A stretch of 64,000 bases of DNA from Candidatus Saccharicenans sp. (GCA_029907135.1 JARYMJ010000003.1:4472-68471); one strand, 5' to 3'; counted from the stretch's first letter, positions 7,660-17,573 are shown. Notes: a model not told the origin generated them from the sequence alone. A program made the numbers and translations.

Positions 7660-10600
7660 ATGACGTTCAATCCCAAAATAAGGCTCAATCGGGTTTCCGG
7701 ATTCATAAAATTGATATACCCAGGGCTTCGGTCAGTGGTTATCATTATTTTTTTCTTATCCCTTGTAATAAGGCCGGCCCGGCTTTTTTCGCAGGCCGGG
7801 GGCCCGACTTCTGACAATTCTGACCGCCGTATCGGGGGCGTTCCCTTCAGAATTGCCGACTGGAATCCGGACTCGGGCCTCGGCAACCATCGGGCCGTGG
7901 TCAGGGTATCCCGGAAAGCTGACGCCGTTTATGTGCGCCTCCCCTGGCGCCGGCCAGACCCGGAACCGGAAAAGAAGCGAGTCCTGGTGTTCGACGCTTC
8001 CGGCCAGGAAATAAAAAATGTCTCTCCGGTGGCTGTTAATAATGAAGGCGGAGACTTTGTCTTCCAGGCTGTGGACGGCCCGGCCGATTATTATTTCTAC
8101 TATTTGCCCTACAAATTAGAAGGCCGTAATTATCCCAGGGTAACCTACATTCCGGCCGATTATCAGGCCGACCAGGGCTGGTTACTCCGAAACGGATTGA
8201 GGAGAGATTTACTTCCCCGATTCCAGGCCTCTCTTTTCCCTCAGGCCGAAGTCCTGGCCTTGGAAAGCGTGGATGAATTCAGCAGTTTTTACCCGATGGA
8301 AGTTATCGCCACCGAGGCCGAAGTCCGGCAGCTCCTGGAAAAATACAGCCAGCAGCCCTACCTGGTTTTTCCTGAAGACCGCCTCTACCCTGTCCGGATG
8401 ACAGAATTTCTCCCGGCCCGCTGGTCAGAAATCGGCCCCAGGGATTACTTCGAAGGTCAGGCCGACCGGGGCGAATACTATGTTTTCCAGCTGGGGCTTT
8501 TCGCCCATAAAGAAAACCTGGAAAAAATCAGAGTCAGGTTTTCCAACCTGACCCTAACCGACTCTGACCGGGTCATCCCCGCGGCCCAGGCCAGCTGCTT
8601 CAACACAGGCGGGATCGGCTGGGACGGCCAGGAATTTGAAAAAGAAATCAACCTGGAAAAAGGCCGAGTGCAGCCCTTGTGGTGCGGCTGGCAGATACCG
8701 GTAGCAGCGACCCCGGGCGAATATACCGGGCAGGTAGAAATCCTGACGGCCAACCTGCCGTCCCGGACTATTAACCTCAAAATCAGGGTCAGCGACCGGG
8801 TGCTGCCGGAGTCCGGCGATTCAGAGCTGTGGCGGCTGAGCCGACTGCGCTGGTTGAATTCCCTGCTGGCGGTTGACGACGAGGTGGTGTCGCCCTTTAT
8901 TCCCCTTGAGGTCCGGGCCAGAACCATCGCCTGCCTGGGCCGGACAATCAGTCTATCAAAATACGGCTTGCCGGAAGACATCCGGAGTTTCTTCAATCCC
9001 GAAGTTACGGCCATCGTCCCGAAGTCTATCAGCCTGCTGGACAGCCCGTTTGAGCTTTCGGTCCGCAACTATGCCGGTCTTTACCAGGAAATGAAGAACC
9101 GGTCTTTTGCCTTCACCCGGATCAGCCCGGGTGCGGTCTGCTGGCAGGCGGAAAACGAAATCCCGGCCCTGCGCCTGCTGCTCCAGGTCAACGGCCGGAT
9201 GGAGTTTGACGGCTTCGTAGAATTCAAACTCAAGCTTACAGCGGCCGAGGAAGCCGAGGTCGATGACATCCGTCTGACTTTTGCCCTGAAAGAAGAAGTG
9301 GCCCGCTACATGATGGGCCTGGGTTTCAAGGGTGGTCGGAGGCCTCAGAATTTTTCCTGGTCCTGGGACCGGGAGAAAAACCAGGATGCTCTGTGGCTGG
9401 GGACGGTCAACGCCGGTTTGCAGATTCAACTCCGGGCTGAAAACTATTCCAGGCCGCTCAACACCAATTTTTATACCCTGAAACCACTCAATCTCCCGCC
9501 CTCCTGGTGGAACGAGGGCCGGGGCTGGGTCTCGGTCAAAGAGGAGCTGAAAAAAAACAAGAAGCAAAAACGGCTGCTGTTCACGGCCGCCGGGGGCCCG
9601 AGGAAAATAAGGCCGGGCCAGGAACTGCACTTTGATTTCAACCTGTGGCTGACTCCTTTCAAGCCGCTGAATCCAGGAAAACATTTTTCCGAACGGTATT
9701 ACCACGCTTATAAACCGCTGGAGAAAATTGCCGCCAGCGGGGCCAACGTCATCAATGTTCACCACGCCACCGACATCAATCCCTACATCAACTATCCTTT
9801 CCTGCGGCCAGAAAAAATGAAAGCTTACTTAGATGAAGCTCACCAGCGGGGGTTCAAGGTCAAAATTTATTACACCATCCGGGAATTAAGCAACCGGGCG
9901 GCCGAGTTGTTCGTGCTGAAAAGCCTGGGTAACGAAATCTTTACCGACGGCCCGGGCGGCGGCTATTCCTGGCTGCAGGAACACCTGCGTTCCAACTACA
10001 TCGCCGGCTGGTTCGTGCCCGAACTCAAGGATGCGGCCGTCATCAACAGCGGTATGTCTCGCTGGCACAATTATTACCTGGAAGGCCTGGCCTGGCTCTG
10101 CCGCCACGTGGACCTTGACGGCCTGTACATAGACGATGTGGCTTTCGACCGGGTGACCATGAAACGAGCAAGGAAGGTCCTGGAAAGGTACCGCCCCGGT
10201 TCCTTGATTGACCTGCACTCGGCCAACCAGTATAACCCGCGGGATGGATATGCTTCGAGCGCCAATCTTTATCTGGAGCATTTTCCCTATATCGACCGCC
10301 TGTGGTTCGGAGAATATTTTGATTACAACAGCCCGCCCGATTACTGGCTGGTGGAGATGTCAGGCTTGCCCTTTGGCCTGATGGGGGAAATGCTGGAAAA
10401 GGGTGGCAATCCCTGGCGCGGGATGGTTTTTGGTATGACCGCTCGCCTGCCCTGGTCCGGTGACCCCAGGCCGCTCTGGAAAGCCTGGGACGAGTTTGGA
10501 ATAACGGCGGCCGAAATGATCGGCTTCTGGTCACCCTCCTGCCCGGTGAAAACTGGCCGCGATGATATCCTGGCCACGGTCTATCTCCGGAAAGACAGAG

Positions 10601-10806
10601 CCCTGGTGGCCCTGGCCAGCTGGGCCAGCCAGTCCGAAGACTGCCGCCTGGACATAGACTGGAAAAAGCTGGGGCTTGACCCGAAAAAAGCCATTATTGA
10701 AGCCCCGGCCATCGAGAATTTCCAGCCGGCCCGGCAATTCCAGCCTGGTGAACCGCTGCCGGTGGAACCAGGTCGGGGCTGGCTGCTCGTTATCAAGGGA
10801 CGGTAG
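7660..10806 (+). CDS. large secreted TIM-barrel glycoside-hydrolase-like protein (resembles GH123 / DUF6067-type proteins)
   Basis: 1048-aa ORF with SD AGGAAGGA and an N-terminal hydrophobic segment. The C-terminal third (VINVHHATDINPYINYPF..., FKVKIYYTIRELS, LDGLYIDDVAFDR, IDLHSANQYN, YIDRLWFGEYFDY) looks like a (beta/alpha)8 hydrolase. Family assignment is from memory only. Stop is TAG. Confidence 0.5.
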   Translation: MTFNPKIRLNRVSGFIKLIYPGLRSVVIIIFFLSLVIRPARLFSQAGGPTSDNSDRRIGGVPFRIADWNPDSGLGNHRAVVRVSRKADAVYVRLPWRRPDPEPEKKRVLVFDASGQEIKNVSPVAVNNEGGDFVFQAVDGPADYYFYYLPYKLEGRNYPRVTYIPADYQADQGWLLRNGLRRDLLPRFQASLFPQAEVLALESVDEFSSFYPMEVIATEAEVRQLLEKYSQQPYLVFPEDRLYPVRMTEFLPARWSEIGPRDYFEGQADRGEYYVFQLGLFAHKENLEKIRVRFSNLTLTDSDRVIPAAQASCFNTGGIGWDGQEFEKEINLEKGRVQPLWCGWQIPVAATPGEYTGQVEILTANLPSRTINLKIRVSDRVLPESGDSELWRLSRLRWLNSLLAVDDEVVSPFIPLEVRARTIACLGRTISLSKYGLPEDIRSFFNPEVTAIVPKSISLLDSPFELSVRNYAGLYQEMKNRSFAFTRISPGAVCWQAENEIPALRLLLQVNGRMEFDGFVEFKLKLTAAEEAEVDDIRLTFALKEEVARYMMGLGFKGGRRPQNFSWSWDREKNQDALWLGTVNAGLQIQLRAENYSRPLNTNFYTLKPLNLPPSWWNEGRGWVSVKEELKKNKKQKRLLFTAAGGPRKIRPGQELHFDFNLWLTPFKPLNPGKHFSERYYHAYKPLEKIAASGANVINVHHATDINPYINYPFLRPEKMKAYLDEAHQRGFKVKIYYTIRELSNRAAELFVLKSLGNEIFTDGPGGGYSWLQEHLRSNYIAGWFVPELKDAAVINSGMSRWHNYYLEGLAWLCRHVDLDGLYIDDVAFDRVTMKRARKVLERYRPGSLIDLHSANQYNPRDGYASSANLYLEHFPYIDRLWFGEYFDYNSPPDYWLVEMSGLPFGLMGEMLEKGGNPWRGMVFGMTARLPWSGDPRPLWKAWDEFGITAAEMIGFWSPSCPVKTGRDDILATVYLRKDRALVALASWASQSEDCRLDIDWKKLGLDPKKAIIEAPAIENFQPARQFQPGEPLPVEPGRGWLLVIKGR

Positions 10807-11086
10807 TCTTCCGTCCTGACCAGGGCCGGACACCTTTTTTGGGAATTAAACAGCTGCTGAAATAATCCCGGCCAGCCAGGCCACTAAATCAATAATTGTT
10901 AAGTCAGAGTACTGATTGGACTTGACGCCCATCGACCACATCGGGAAAAACTGGCCATATTGGTCGGGTTTCGGTCCGGCCCGGGCTCATCAGAAAAGAC
11001 CGCAATTTATTCTCTTGACAGATAGGCCCGAAAAAATTTAGCTTAATCCCGATGTCTTGACCAAAAATCTTACTCCAGGAGGGATT

Positions 11087-13465
11087 ATGAAAAATAAAAA
11101 TTTTCGTTGGGCGCTGGCTTGCGTCCTGTTTATTCTCCTGGCCGGTTTCCTGGGTGCTCAGAAAACGGTCACCCCGGCTAAGGTTCAGAAGAAGGTGGAA
11201 AATACCGACCCGGCCCTGCGGCTCAAATGGCACCAGCAGCACCTGGAAATGAAAGCTTCGAGTCCTTACCGGGAGCTCCAGTGGCGCCACATCGGCGGGG
11301 AAATAGAGAGCCAAGGTGGGAGATGCACCGACGTCGATGTGCCCAGAAATAATAAGAAGGTCATCTACGTGGCCACTGCCAGCGGCGGCCTCTGGAAGTC
11401 GGAAAACGCCGGCGTCACCTTCGAGCCGATTACTGACGACTTCCCCACCCTGTCGATCGGCGACATAGCCATCTCCGAATCCAACCCGAACATCATCTAC
11501 GTCGGAACCGGCGAAGCCAATATTTTTCGGGCTTCTATCGCTGGCAGCGGCGTTTACAAGTCAACCGACGGCGGAAAAACCTGGCAGCACTGCGGCCTGA
11601 CCGATACCAATACTATCGGCCGTATTCGCATCCACCCCACCAACCCCGATATTGTCTACGTGGCCGCCTCCGGGCATGAATGGACCTACAATCCCGAGCG
11701 AGGCGTTTTCAAGACGACCGACGGCGGCAAAACCTGGCAGAAGGTTCTTTACATCAACGAAAAGACGGGCTGCATTGACCTGGTGATGGACCCCAAGAAT
11801 CCTGATACGCTGATTGCTTCCATGTGGAATAGAATCAGGCAGCGCTGGAGCGACCCGGTGCCAGAAGATGGGGACCATCTTTACAAGACGACCGACGGCG
11901 GCAAAACCTGGAAGCCACTGACCAACGGACTGCCCGAGACTAAATACACCGGACGAATTGGCCTGGACCTCTGCGCCAGTAAACCCAACGTGGTCTACGC
12001 CTACGTTGATAACCATACCCCCACCCGCCAGCCCTCGCCCAATGAAAGGGATTCTTACGGCCGGCCCCGCACCTACCCTGATATAGTCGGGGCAGAAGTT
12101 TATCGCTCGGACGACCAGGGCGAAAGCTGGAAGAAAGTTAACCCGACCGACCGTCTGTTTGAAAGGTTCGGCGGGACTTACGGCTGGGTTTTCGGACAGA
12201 TCAGAGTTGACCCCAGTAACGAGAACACGGTTTACCTGATGGGACTGGGGCTCTACAAGTCTACCGACGGCGGTAAGACCTGGACCCGGCTGTACTGGGA
12301 AAATCTCCACGGCGACCACCACGGCCTGTGGATTGACCCCGAGGACTCCGACCATTTGCTAAATGTAAATGACGGCGGCTGCAATGTCTCTTTCGACGGC
12401 GGAAAAACCTGGCAGGATTTTTACCGGAAGATACCGGCCATCCAGTTTTACAACGTGGATTTTGACTTGCGGAAACCGTTCACGGTTTACGGTTCGGTCC
12501 AGGACTCCGGTACCCACCGCGGACTGGGGGTGGCCCCGCAGAAAGCAGAAGCCCAGGCTGGACCAAGACGCTTCCGCCCGGCCCGGGTGCGCTGGGAGCC
12601 GGCCCCGGGGGGAGAGGGTACCATCATCGCCGTCGACCCGGCCGACCCCAACACCATCTATTCTTCCTCGTTCTACGGCCGTTTGATGCGTTCGGAATAC
12701 AGGAATGGCACCTGGACCAGCAAGGAAATTTACCCGAAACCGGCCGAGGGCGAGCCGGAGCATCGCGGCCAGTGGCTGGCCCCAACCATCATTTCCCCAC
12801 ACAATCCCCATATCGTCTACCATGGGTTCCAGTATGTCTTCCGCTCGCTTAACCGCGGTGAAACCTGGGAAAAAATCAGTCCTGACCTGACCGCTTTCGA
12901 CCCCAAAAAGCAGGGTAAGCTTCCTTATGCCATACCCTATGCCACGCTGACCGCCATCTCCGAGTCTCCGCTAAAATTTGGCTTGATCTACGCCGGGACG
13001 GACGATGGCCGGGTGCACCTTACCAGGGACGGTGGAGCCACCTGGACCGAAATCACGGCCGGGTTGCCTTATAACAAGCACGTCTGGTGCCTCGAGGCTT
13101 CTAGATTTGACCTGGGCACGGTTTATATTGCCCTGATCGGCCGGCATGATGATGACTTTGCCCCTTACATATTTAAATCAACCGATTTTGGAAAAACCTG
13201 GGTCAACCTCAGCGCCAACCTCCCGGGCGGACCGACCAACGTCATCCGGGAAGACCCGAAGAAAAAAGGAGTTTTGTACGTGGGTACGGATTATGGTGTC
13301 TACGTGAGCCTCGATGACGGAAAGAGCTGGAACTGCCTGGGCAGCGGCCTGCCCAATGCTCCGGTCTGGGATTTAAAGATCCACCCGCGCGATAACATGC
13401 TGGTCATTGCCACCAACGGCCGCGGCATGTGGGTCATAGACGACCTATCCCCGCTGCAGAAATAG
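11087..13465 (+). CDS. secreted BNR/Asp-box (sortilin/VPS10-like) double beta-propeller protein
   Basis: The ATG at 11087 follows AGGAGGG; the track start 11057 lies upstream. Signal peptide is MKNKNFRWALACVLFILLAGFLGA. Asp-boxes include STDGGKTW x2, TTDGGKTW x2, SDDQGESW, SFDGGKTW, SLNRGETW, TRDGGATW, STDFGKTW and SLDDGKSW. Stop is TAG. Confidence 0.85.
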   Translation: MKNKNFRWALACVLFILLAGFLGAQKTVTPAKVQKKVENTDPALRLKWHQQHLEMKASSPYRELQWRHIGGEIESQGGRCTDVDVPRNNKKVIYVATASGGLWKSENAGVTFEPITDDFPTLSIGDIAISESNPNIIYVGTGEANIFRASIAGSGVYKSTDGGKTWQHCGLTDTNTIGRIRIHPTNPDIVYVAASGHEWTYNPERGVFKTTDGGKTWQKVLYINEKTGCIDLVMDPKNPDTLIASMWNRIRQRWSDPVPEDGDHLYKTTDGGKTWKPLTNGLPETKYTGRIGLDLCASKPNVVYAYVDNHTPTRQPSPNERDSYGRPRTYPDIVGAEVYRSDDQGESWKKVNPTDRLFERFGGTYGWVFGQIRVDPSNENTVYLMGLGLYKSTDGGKTWTRLYWENLHGDHHGLWIDPEDSDHLLNVNDGGCNVSFDGGKTWQDFYRKIPAIQFYNVDFDLRKPFTVYGSVQDSGTHRGLGVAPQKAEAQAGPRRFRPARVRWEPAPGGEGTIIAVDPADPNTIYSSSFYGRLMRSEYRNGTWTSKEIYPKPAEGEPEHRGQWLAPTIISPHNPHIVYHGFQYVFRSLNRGETWEKISPDLTAFDPKKQGKLPYAIPYATLTAISESPLKFGLIYAGTDDGRVHLTRDGGATWTEITAGLPYNKHVWCLEASRFDLGTVYIALIGRHDDDFAPYIFKSTDFGKTWVNLSANLPGGPTNVIREDPKKKGVLYVGTDYGVYVSLDDGKSWNCLGSGLPNAPVWDLKIHPRDNMLVIATNGRGMWVIDDLSPLQK

Positions 13466-13776
13466 GAAGATTAGAGACGAGTCCGTCTTGCCCCGGAGCA
13501 GGAAAGACGGCCTGTCTCCTGTTGGCAAGTTTTCGGCTGGAGGCCAAGTATTTTTTAATTTAATCTGCCAATAACAAATCCGGATAGAGAAAAAATTCAG
13601 AAAGAAAAGTGGTTATTGAAAAAAGGCTTGGCCTAAGATTGGATAAAATTTTCGCTATCCAGCAAAAGTCTCCGTTACCAGTAAAAAGAATGGCTGGATT
13701 GACTTGACTGAGAATAGAGCTGGCCTGAAAAATTAATATAGATTATCATCATAACAGTCAAAAACGGAGGCCCGAC

Positions 13777-15282
13777 ATGGTCTTGAGGGAAATAAAAATA
13801 AAATTAACGCCGGCAGTGCTAACCTTATTCTTGCTCCTTACTTGTGCGATCCTTTACCTTCCGGCCGAAGAAGAGGTTCGCTTTGAAGACCATTTTTTCG
13901 ATAAAGCCATGCGCCTTAATTTCTACATGGTGGGCGAGGCCCAAACTGAAGAGATAATAATCCAGAACGTTTACCAGGAATCACTCTGGCCTGAAAGCCG
14001 GACCAACCTGACCAACCCTTTTAATTACGGTCATTATTTCATTAAAGTCTACGAAGTTGCCAGCAATCAGCTCATCTATGCCCAGGGCTTTGACTGCCTG
14101 TTCGGTGAATACCGGACCACCAGCCCGGCCCTCAACGGGGTAAAAAAAGTCTTCCAGCGGGCCGTCAGGATTCCCTGGCCCAAGAGGAAAGTCAATATTG
14201 TTATCGAGTCAAGGGACAGAAAAAACATTCTTCATCCCCTGCTAATCGCAACCATCGACCCGAACGACTATCATTTGATTAAAGAAAGCGGTCAGGCTCA
14301 GGACTTGGTCCTTAAAGTGAAGGAGACTGGCCCGCCGGCCGAGAAGGTTGATGTGGTCTTTGTGGCTGAAGGTTATACGGCCGAAGAAAAAGATAAGTTT
14401 GTAGGTGATGTGAAAAAGTTTTCTGGCTATCTTTTTGAAATCGAGCCCTATAAATCCAACCAGGAAAAATTCAATATCTATGGGGTGTTCCGGCCTTCGG
14501 CCGAAAGCGGGATGGATGAGCCCAGGCAAAACGTTTACAAAAATACCGTGCTGAAAGCCTCCTTCAATGCTTTCGACCTCGACCGCTATCTGCTGACTGA
14601 AGAAGGTTTTCTTCTTCGGGAAATCGCGGCCGCCGCTCCCTACGATGCCATCGTGGTCCTGGTTAATAGCAAAAGATACGGCGGTGGTGGGATTTATAAC
14701 GATTACTGCATAACCACGGTGGACAACCAGGCCAGCCAATCAGTCTTCCTGCACGAGTTCGGACACTCCTTGGCCGGGTTGGCTGACGAATACTACACTT
14801 CTGAAGTGGCTTATAATGAATTTTATCCCCAGGGAGTGGAACCACTCGAACCAAATATCACCGCCCTGCTCGACTCGGAAAACCTAAAGTGGAAAGACCT
14901 GGTCTCTCCCGGAATTAAAATTCCCACCGAGTACGGAAAAGAAGAAATCGAAAAACTCCAGGCCGAGAGAAGAAACAATTTCCTGGAAATGAACAAAGCT
15001 CTGGAGGAAGCCAGGAAGAAAAACCTGAAAGAGGCAGAAATAAAGAAGCTCCGGGACCGCTTTCAGGCCAGGGATAAAGCCGTCCTGGAAAAAATCAGGG
15101 CGGTGCGGGAAAGATATAAAGACCTCGAAGATAAAGTCGGAGCCTTTGAAGGCGCGGGCTATTCAGCCAAAGATCTTTACCGACCAATGATGTACTGCTT
15201 GATGATTTCCAGCCCGAAAAGGGAATTCTGCCGGGTGTGCCAGCGGGCCATCCGGCAGATGATTGATTATTACAGCCATTAA
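13777..15282 (+). CDS. M64 family (IgA-peptidase-like) zinc metallopeptidase, secreted
   Basis: 501 aa with a signal/anchor segment. It carries HEFGHSLAGLADEY (HExxH plus downstream E/D), and its overall layout resembles peptidase M64. SD is ACGGAGG. Confidence 0.8.
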   Translation: MVLREIKIKLTPAVLTLFLLLTCAILYLPAEEEVRFEDHFFDKAMRLNFYMVGEAQTEEIIIQNVYQESLWPESRTNLTNPFNYGHYFIKVYEVASNQLIYAQGFDCLFGEYRTTSPALNGVKKVFQRAVRIPWPKRKVNIVIESRDRKNILHPLLIATIDPNDYHLIKESGQAQDLVLKVKETGPPAEKVDVVFVAEGYTAEEKDKFVGDVKKFSGYLFEIEPYKSNQEKFNIYGVFRPSAESGMDEPRQNVYKNTVLKASFNAFDLDRYLLTEEGFLLREIAAAAPYDAIVVLVNSKRYGGGGIYNDYCITTVDNQASQSVFLHEFGHSLAGLADEYYTSEVAYNEFYPQGVEPLEPNITALLDSENLKWKDLVSPGIKIPTEYGKEEIEKLQAERRNNFLEMNKALEEARKKNLKEAEIKKLRDRFQARDKAVLEKIRAVRERYKDLEDKVGAFEGAGYSAKDLYRPMMYCLMISSPKREFCRVCQRAIRQMIDYYSH

Positions 15283-15386
15283 GCCCCTGGCTTTATAAAA
15301 CAATAAATACCGCCTCCTAACGCCCAACCTGTCTGGGACAGCCCGAGCGGCAGTCGGAAGAAGCTGAGAAAAAATTATTCTGGCCC

Positions 15387-15414
15387 TTGACAAATATTAA
15401 AATTAGTATAAAAT
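15387..15414 (+). promoter_or_regulatory. sigma70-type promoter of the perR-dfx-prx operon
   Basis: Perfect TTGACA (15387-15392), a 16-nt spacer, then TAAAAT (15409-15414). It lies 48 nt upstream of the ATG at 15462. Confidence 0.6.
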
Positions 15415-15437
15415 TATATTGATTATAAAATTATAAT
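15407..15437 (+). promoter_or_regulatory. two Fur/PerR-box-like operator sites
   Basis: The 12-mer TATAAAATTATA occurs twice (15407-15418, 15424-15435). Each is a 5-2-5 inverted repeat. The second extends to a perfect 7-2-7 inverted repeat ATTATAA-AA-TTATAAT (15422-15437). Site 1 overlaps the -10 and site 2 lies just downstream of it. Confidence 0.5.
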
Positions 15438-15461
15438 TAATTTAATATTAGCCGGAAATAA

Positions 15462-15905
15462 ATGGAAAAACAGGACAAGAAACCGAAAAGATGGAGCCTG
15501 GAAGATATTCGCGACTATCTGTCCCAGCACGACATCCGGAGCTCGGTTTACCGTCTTAAAATCTTCGAATATTTAATCAATGACAGAACCCACCCCACGG
15601 CCGAGGAAATTTATAAACACCTAAAAAAGGAACTGCCGGCCATTTCCCCGGGCACTGTTTATAACACCCTGAGGCTATTCCTGGAGAAAAAAATAGTCCA
15701 GCTGGTCAATGTAGAAAAAAACCAATTTCGCTTTGACGCCACCCTATCCTGGCATGGCCACCTGAAGTGCCTCGGTTGTGGCCGGGTTTTTGACCTCCAT
15801 ATCGAAAACCTGAAGCTCAGCGGGCTGGAGGGCTTTGAGATATTCGAGAAACACCTGGACCTCAAAGGCCTTTGCCCGGAGTGTCTTAAAAGAAAAAATA
15901 TATAA
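15462..15905 (+). CDS. perR: Fur-family transcriptional regulator, PerR-like
   Basis: 147 aa. It has a winged-helix segment HPTAEEIYKHLKKELPAISPGTVYNTLRLF and two CxxC pairs (CLGCGRVF ... CPEC) for structural Zn. It sits directly upstream of dfx and prx. Confidence 0.75.
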   Translation: MEKQDKKPKRWSLEDIRDYLSQHDIRSSVYRLKIFEYLINDRTHPTAEEIYKHLKKELPAISPGTVYNTLRLFLEKKIVQLVNVEKNQFRFDATLSWHGHLKCLGCGRVFDLHIENLKLSGLEGFEIFEKHLDLKGLCPECLKRKNI

Positions 15906-15917
15906 AGGAGGGTATAA

Positions 15918-16301
15918 ATGCCTAAAAAGTATGGAATTTACAAATGCCTTAAATGCGGGAATATTGTTGAGGTCCTGCACGAGGGCCAGGGAACGCTGGT
16001 CTGCTGCGGCCAGGACATGGTCTTCATGGAAGCCAGGACCGCCGACACCAGCCAGGAAAAACACGTTCCCTACATAGAGAAGGTCAGCGGTGGCTACCTG
16101 GTCAAGGTCGGCCAGACCGTAGCTCATCCTATGGAAGAAAAACATTACATCGAGTGGATTGAACTTATTGCCGACGGGCAGGTTTACCGCCAGGAGCTTA
16201 AGCCCGGAGATAAGCCAGAAGCTTTTTTCCCGGTTGCAGCCGAACACGTCTGGGCCCGCGAATACTGCAACCTCCATCTTCTCTGGGAAAACAAGAATTA
16301 A
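15918..16301 (+). CDS. dfx: desulfoferrodoxin (2Fe superoxide reductase)
   Basis: 127 aa. It has an N-terminal desulforedoxin site ([10 protein letters not shown]...LVCCGQDM) and an SOR centre II pattern ([32 protein letters not shown]). SD is AAAGGAGGG. Confidence 0.9.
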   Translation: MPKKYGIYKCLKCGNIVEVLHEGQGTLVCCGQDMVFMEARTADTSQEKHVPYIEKVSGGYLVKVGQTVAHPMEEKHYIEWIELIADGQVYRQELKPGDKPEAFFPVAAEHVWAREYCNLHLLWENKN

Positions 16302-16339
16302 TTAATCAATATAAAAGCAAAAAATTAAGGAGGTATAAA

Positions 16340-16993
16340 ATGGAACACAACGAAACGAAAGGCGTACTCTTAATCGGTGAAAAGCTTCCGGAAATGGAAG
16401 TCCAGACCACCCACGGCAAGAAAGTCCTGCCCAAGGACTATGCCGGAAAATGGCTGGTGCTGTTCAGTCACCCAGCCGATTTCACTCCGGTCTGCACCAC
16501 CGAGTTTGTCTCCTTCGCCAAGAACTATGACAAATTCCAAAAGCTCAATGCTGAGCTCCTCGGCCTGTCGATCGACCAGGTCTTCAGCCACATCAAGTGG
16601 GTCGAATGGATTGAAAATGAGCTCAAGGTTGAAATCCCCTTCCCCATCATTGCCGATGACATGGGCAAAGTGGCCACTAAGATGGGTATGCTCCATCCCG
16701 GCGGTGGAACCAAGACGGTCCGGGCGGTCTTCATCATCGACCCCGAAAGCATCATCCGCCTCATCCTCTACTATCCGGCCGAAGTCGGCCGCAACATGGC
16801 TGAAATCCTCCGGGTGCTGGAGGCCTTCCAGGTATCTGACAAGCATAACGTGGCCATGCCGGCCAACTGGCCCAACAACGAGCTGATTAAGGATCACGTT
16901 ATCATCCCCCCTCCGACAGATGTTAAGGGAGCCAAAGAACGCCAGAAACAATACGAATGTTTTGACTGGTGGTTCTGCCATAAGAAGGTGTGA
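16340..16993 (+). CDS. peroxiredoxin, Prx6/1-Cys-like subfamily with C-terminal C-x5-C
   Basis: 217 aa with [14 protein letters not shown] (peroxidatic Cys motif). The C-terminal CFDWWFC pair is as in archaeal/anaerobe thioredoxin peroxidases. SD is AAGGAGG. Confidence 0.9.
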   Translation: MEHNETKGVLLIGEKLPEMEVQTTHGKKVLPKDYAGKWLVLFSHPADFTPVCTTEFVSFAKNYDKFQKLNAELLGLSIDQVFSHIKWVEWIENELKVEIPFPIIADDMGKVATKMGMLHPGGGTKTVRAVFIIDPESIIRLILYYPAEVGRNMAEILRVLEAFQVSDKHNVAMPANWPNNELIKDHVIIPPPTDVKGAKERQKQYECFDWWFCHKKV

Positions 16994-17018
16994 CCAGGGC
17001 AAAAGGACCAGGAAAGCC

Positions 17019-17051
17019 GGGGGCTGGCGGCGCCAGCCCCCTTTCTTTTTT
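17019..17051 (+). terminator. rho-independent terminator of perR-dfx-prx
   Basis: Arms GGGGGCTGGCG (17019-17029) and CGCCAGCCCCC (17031-17041) are followed by TTTCTTTTTT (17042-17051). It lies 26 nt after the prx stop. Confidence 0.85.
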
Positions 17052-17263
17052 CAGTCTTTTTTCCGATAATTTTTGAAAGGAAAATTCTGGCAAATTCTAT
17101 TAATTTATCGCCTGGCAGAACTGCTAGTCTATCAAGCTCTCATTTTTTTATTTTCTCATTTATAAATTTTCTAACTCGGGCCGGTTATTTACCCTGGAAC
17201 AGGTGACATAAACCTCTTAAATATTATCATCAACTTGACTTGAGTCTATCTATCCTTCTTTGA

Positions 17264-17514
17264 TCAACCCAATGAGGCCTGGTCATTGGGTTCGATAAAG
17301 ACGATAACCTTTTCCTGAAAAAACATCATAGACGGGACCCGGTCGCCGGCTTTAGCTGAAACCAGCCGTGGCCCGGATACTCTAACTCCAGTGCCAGAAA
17401 TGATATTTAAAAAATTTAATTCTTTCTCTGGACAAGCAGCCTGAGCTTCGATAATTTGTAATAAACAGGTAGGGCACAGAATAAAGGCAGCTCCAAATTT
17501 TTTTTGATATTCAA
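17264..17514 (-). CDS. possible thioredoxin-fold small protein (CPTC motif), start disrupted or non-canonical
   Basis: This ORF is not in the track. The minus frame is open for about 86 codons from the TAG at 17524-17522 to the TGA at 17266-17264, inside an AT-rich gap. It reads ...KKFGAAFILCPTCLLQIIEAQAA...AGDRVPSMMFFQEKVIVFIEPNDQASLG. The CxxC lies about 47 residues before a V-P-S-hhh-F-x-x-x-K-V pattern, as in Trx/Grx folds. There is no ATG/GTG/TTG in frame before the distal MM. A TTG at 17514 (AGGT 6 nt upstream) joins the frame if the A8 run (17498-17505) is A9. Confidence 0.35.
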
Positions 17515-17573
17515 TTGCTACCTAAAATATTTTATAGAGCAGAGTTATTTTGCTTGAACCGAGGGAGGAATAA

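Noticed and set aside
7446-7886. Track ORFs 7446-7658 (+) and 7539-7886 (-) in and around the spacer before the 1048-aa gene.
   Set aside because: There are no SDs, and the translations are low-complexity. The minus ORF overlaps the start and signal peptide region of the 7660 gene.
10807-10850. A rho-independent terminator after the 1048-aa gene (GTCC...GGAC followed by CCTTTTTT).
   Set aside because: The T-run is present, but the only possible stems are 4 bp, which is too weak to call.
10904-11314. Track ORF 10904-11314 (-) and ORF 19862-20203 (-).
   Set aside because: Both run antisense across the promoter/5' ends of well-supported plus-strand genes (11087 and 19991). They lack SDs and any family resemblance.
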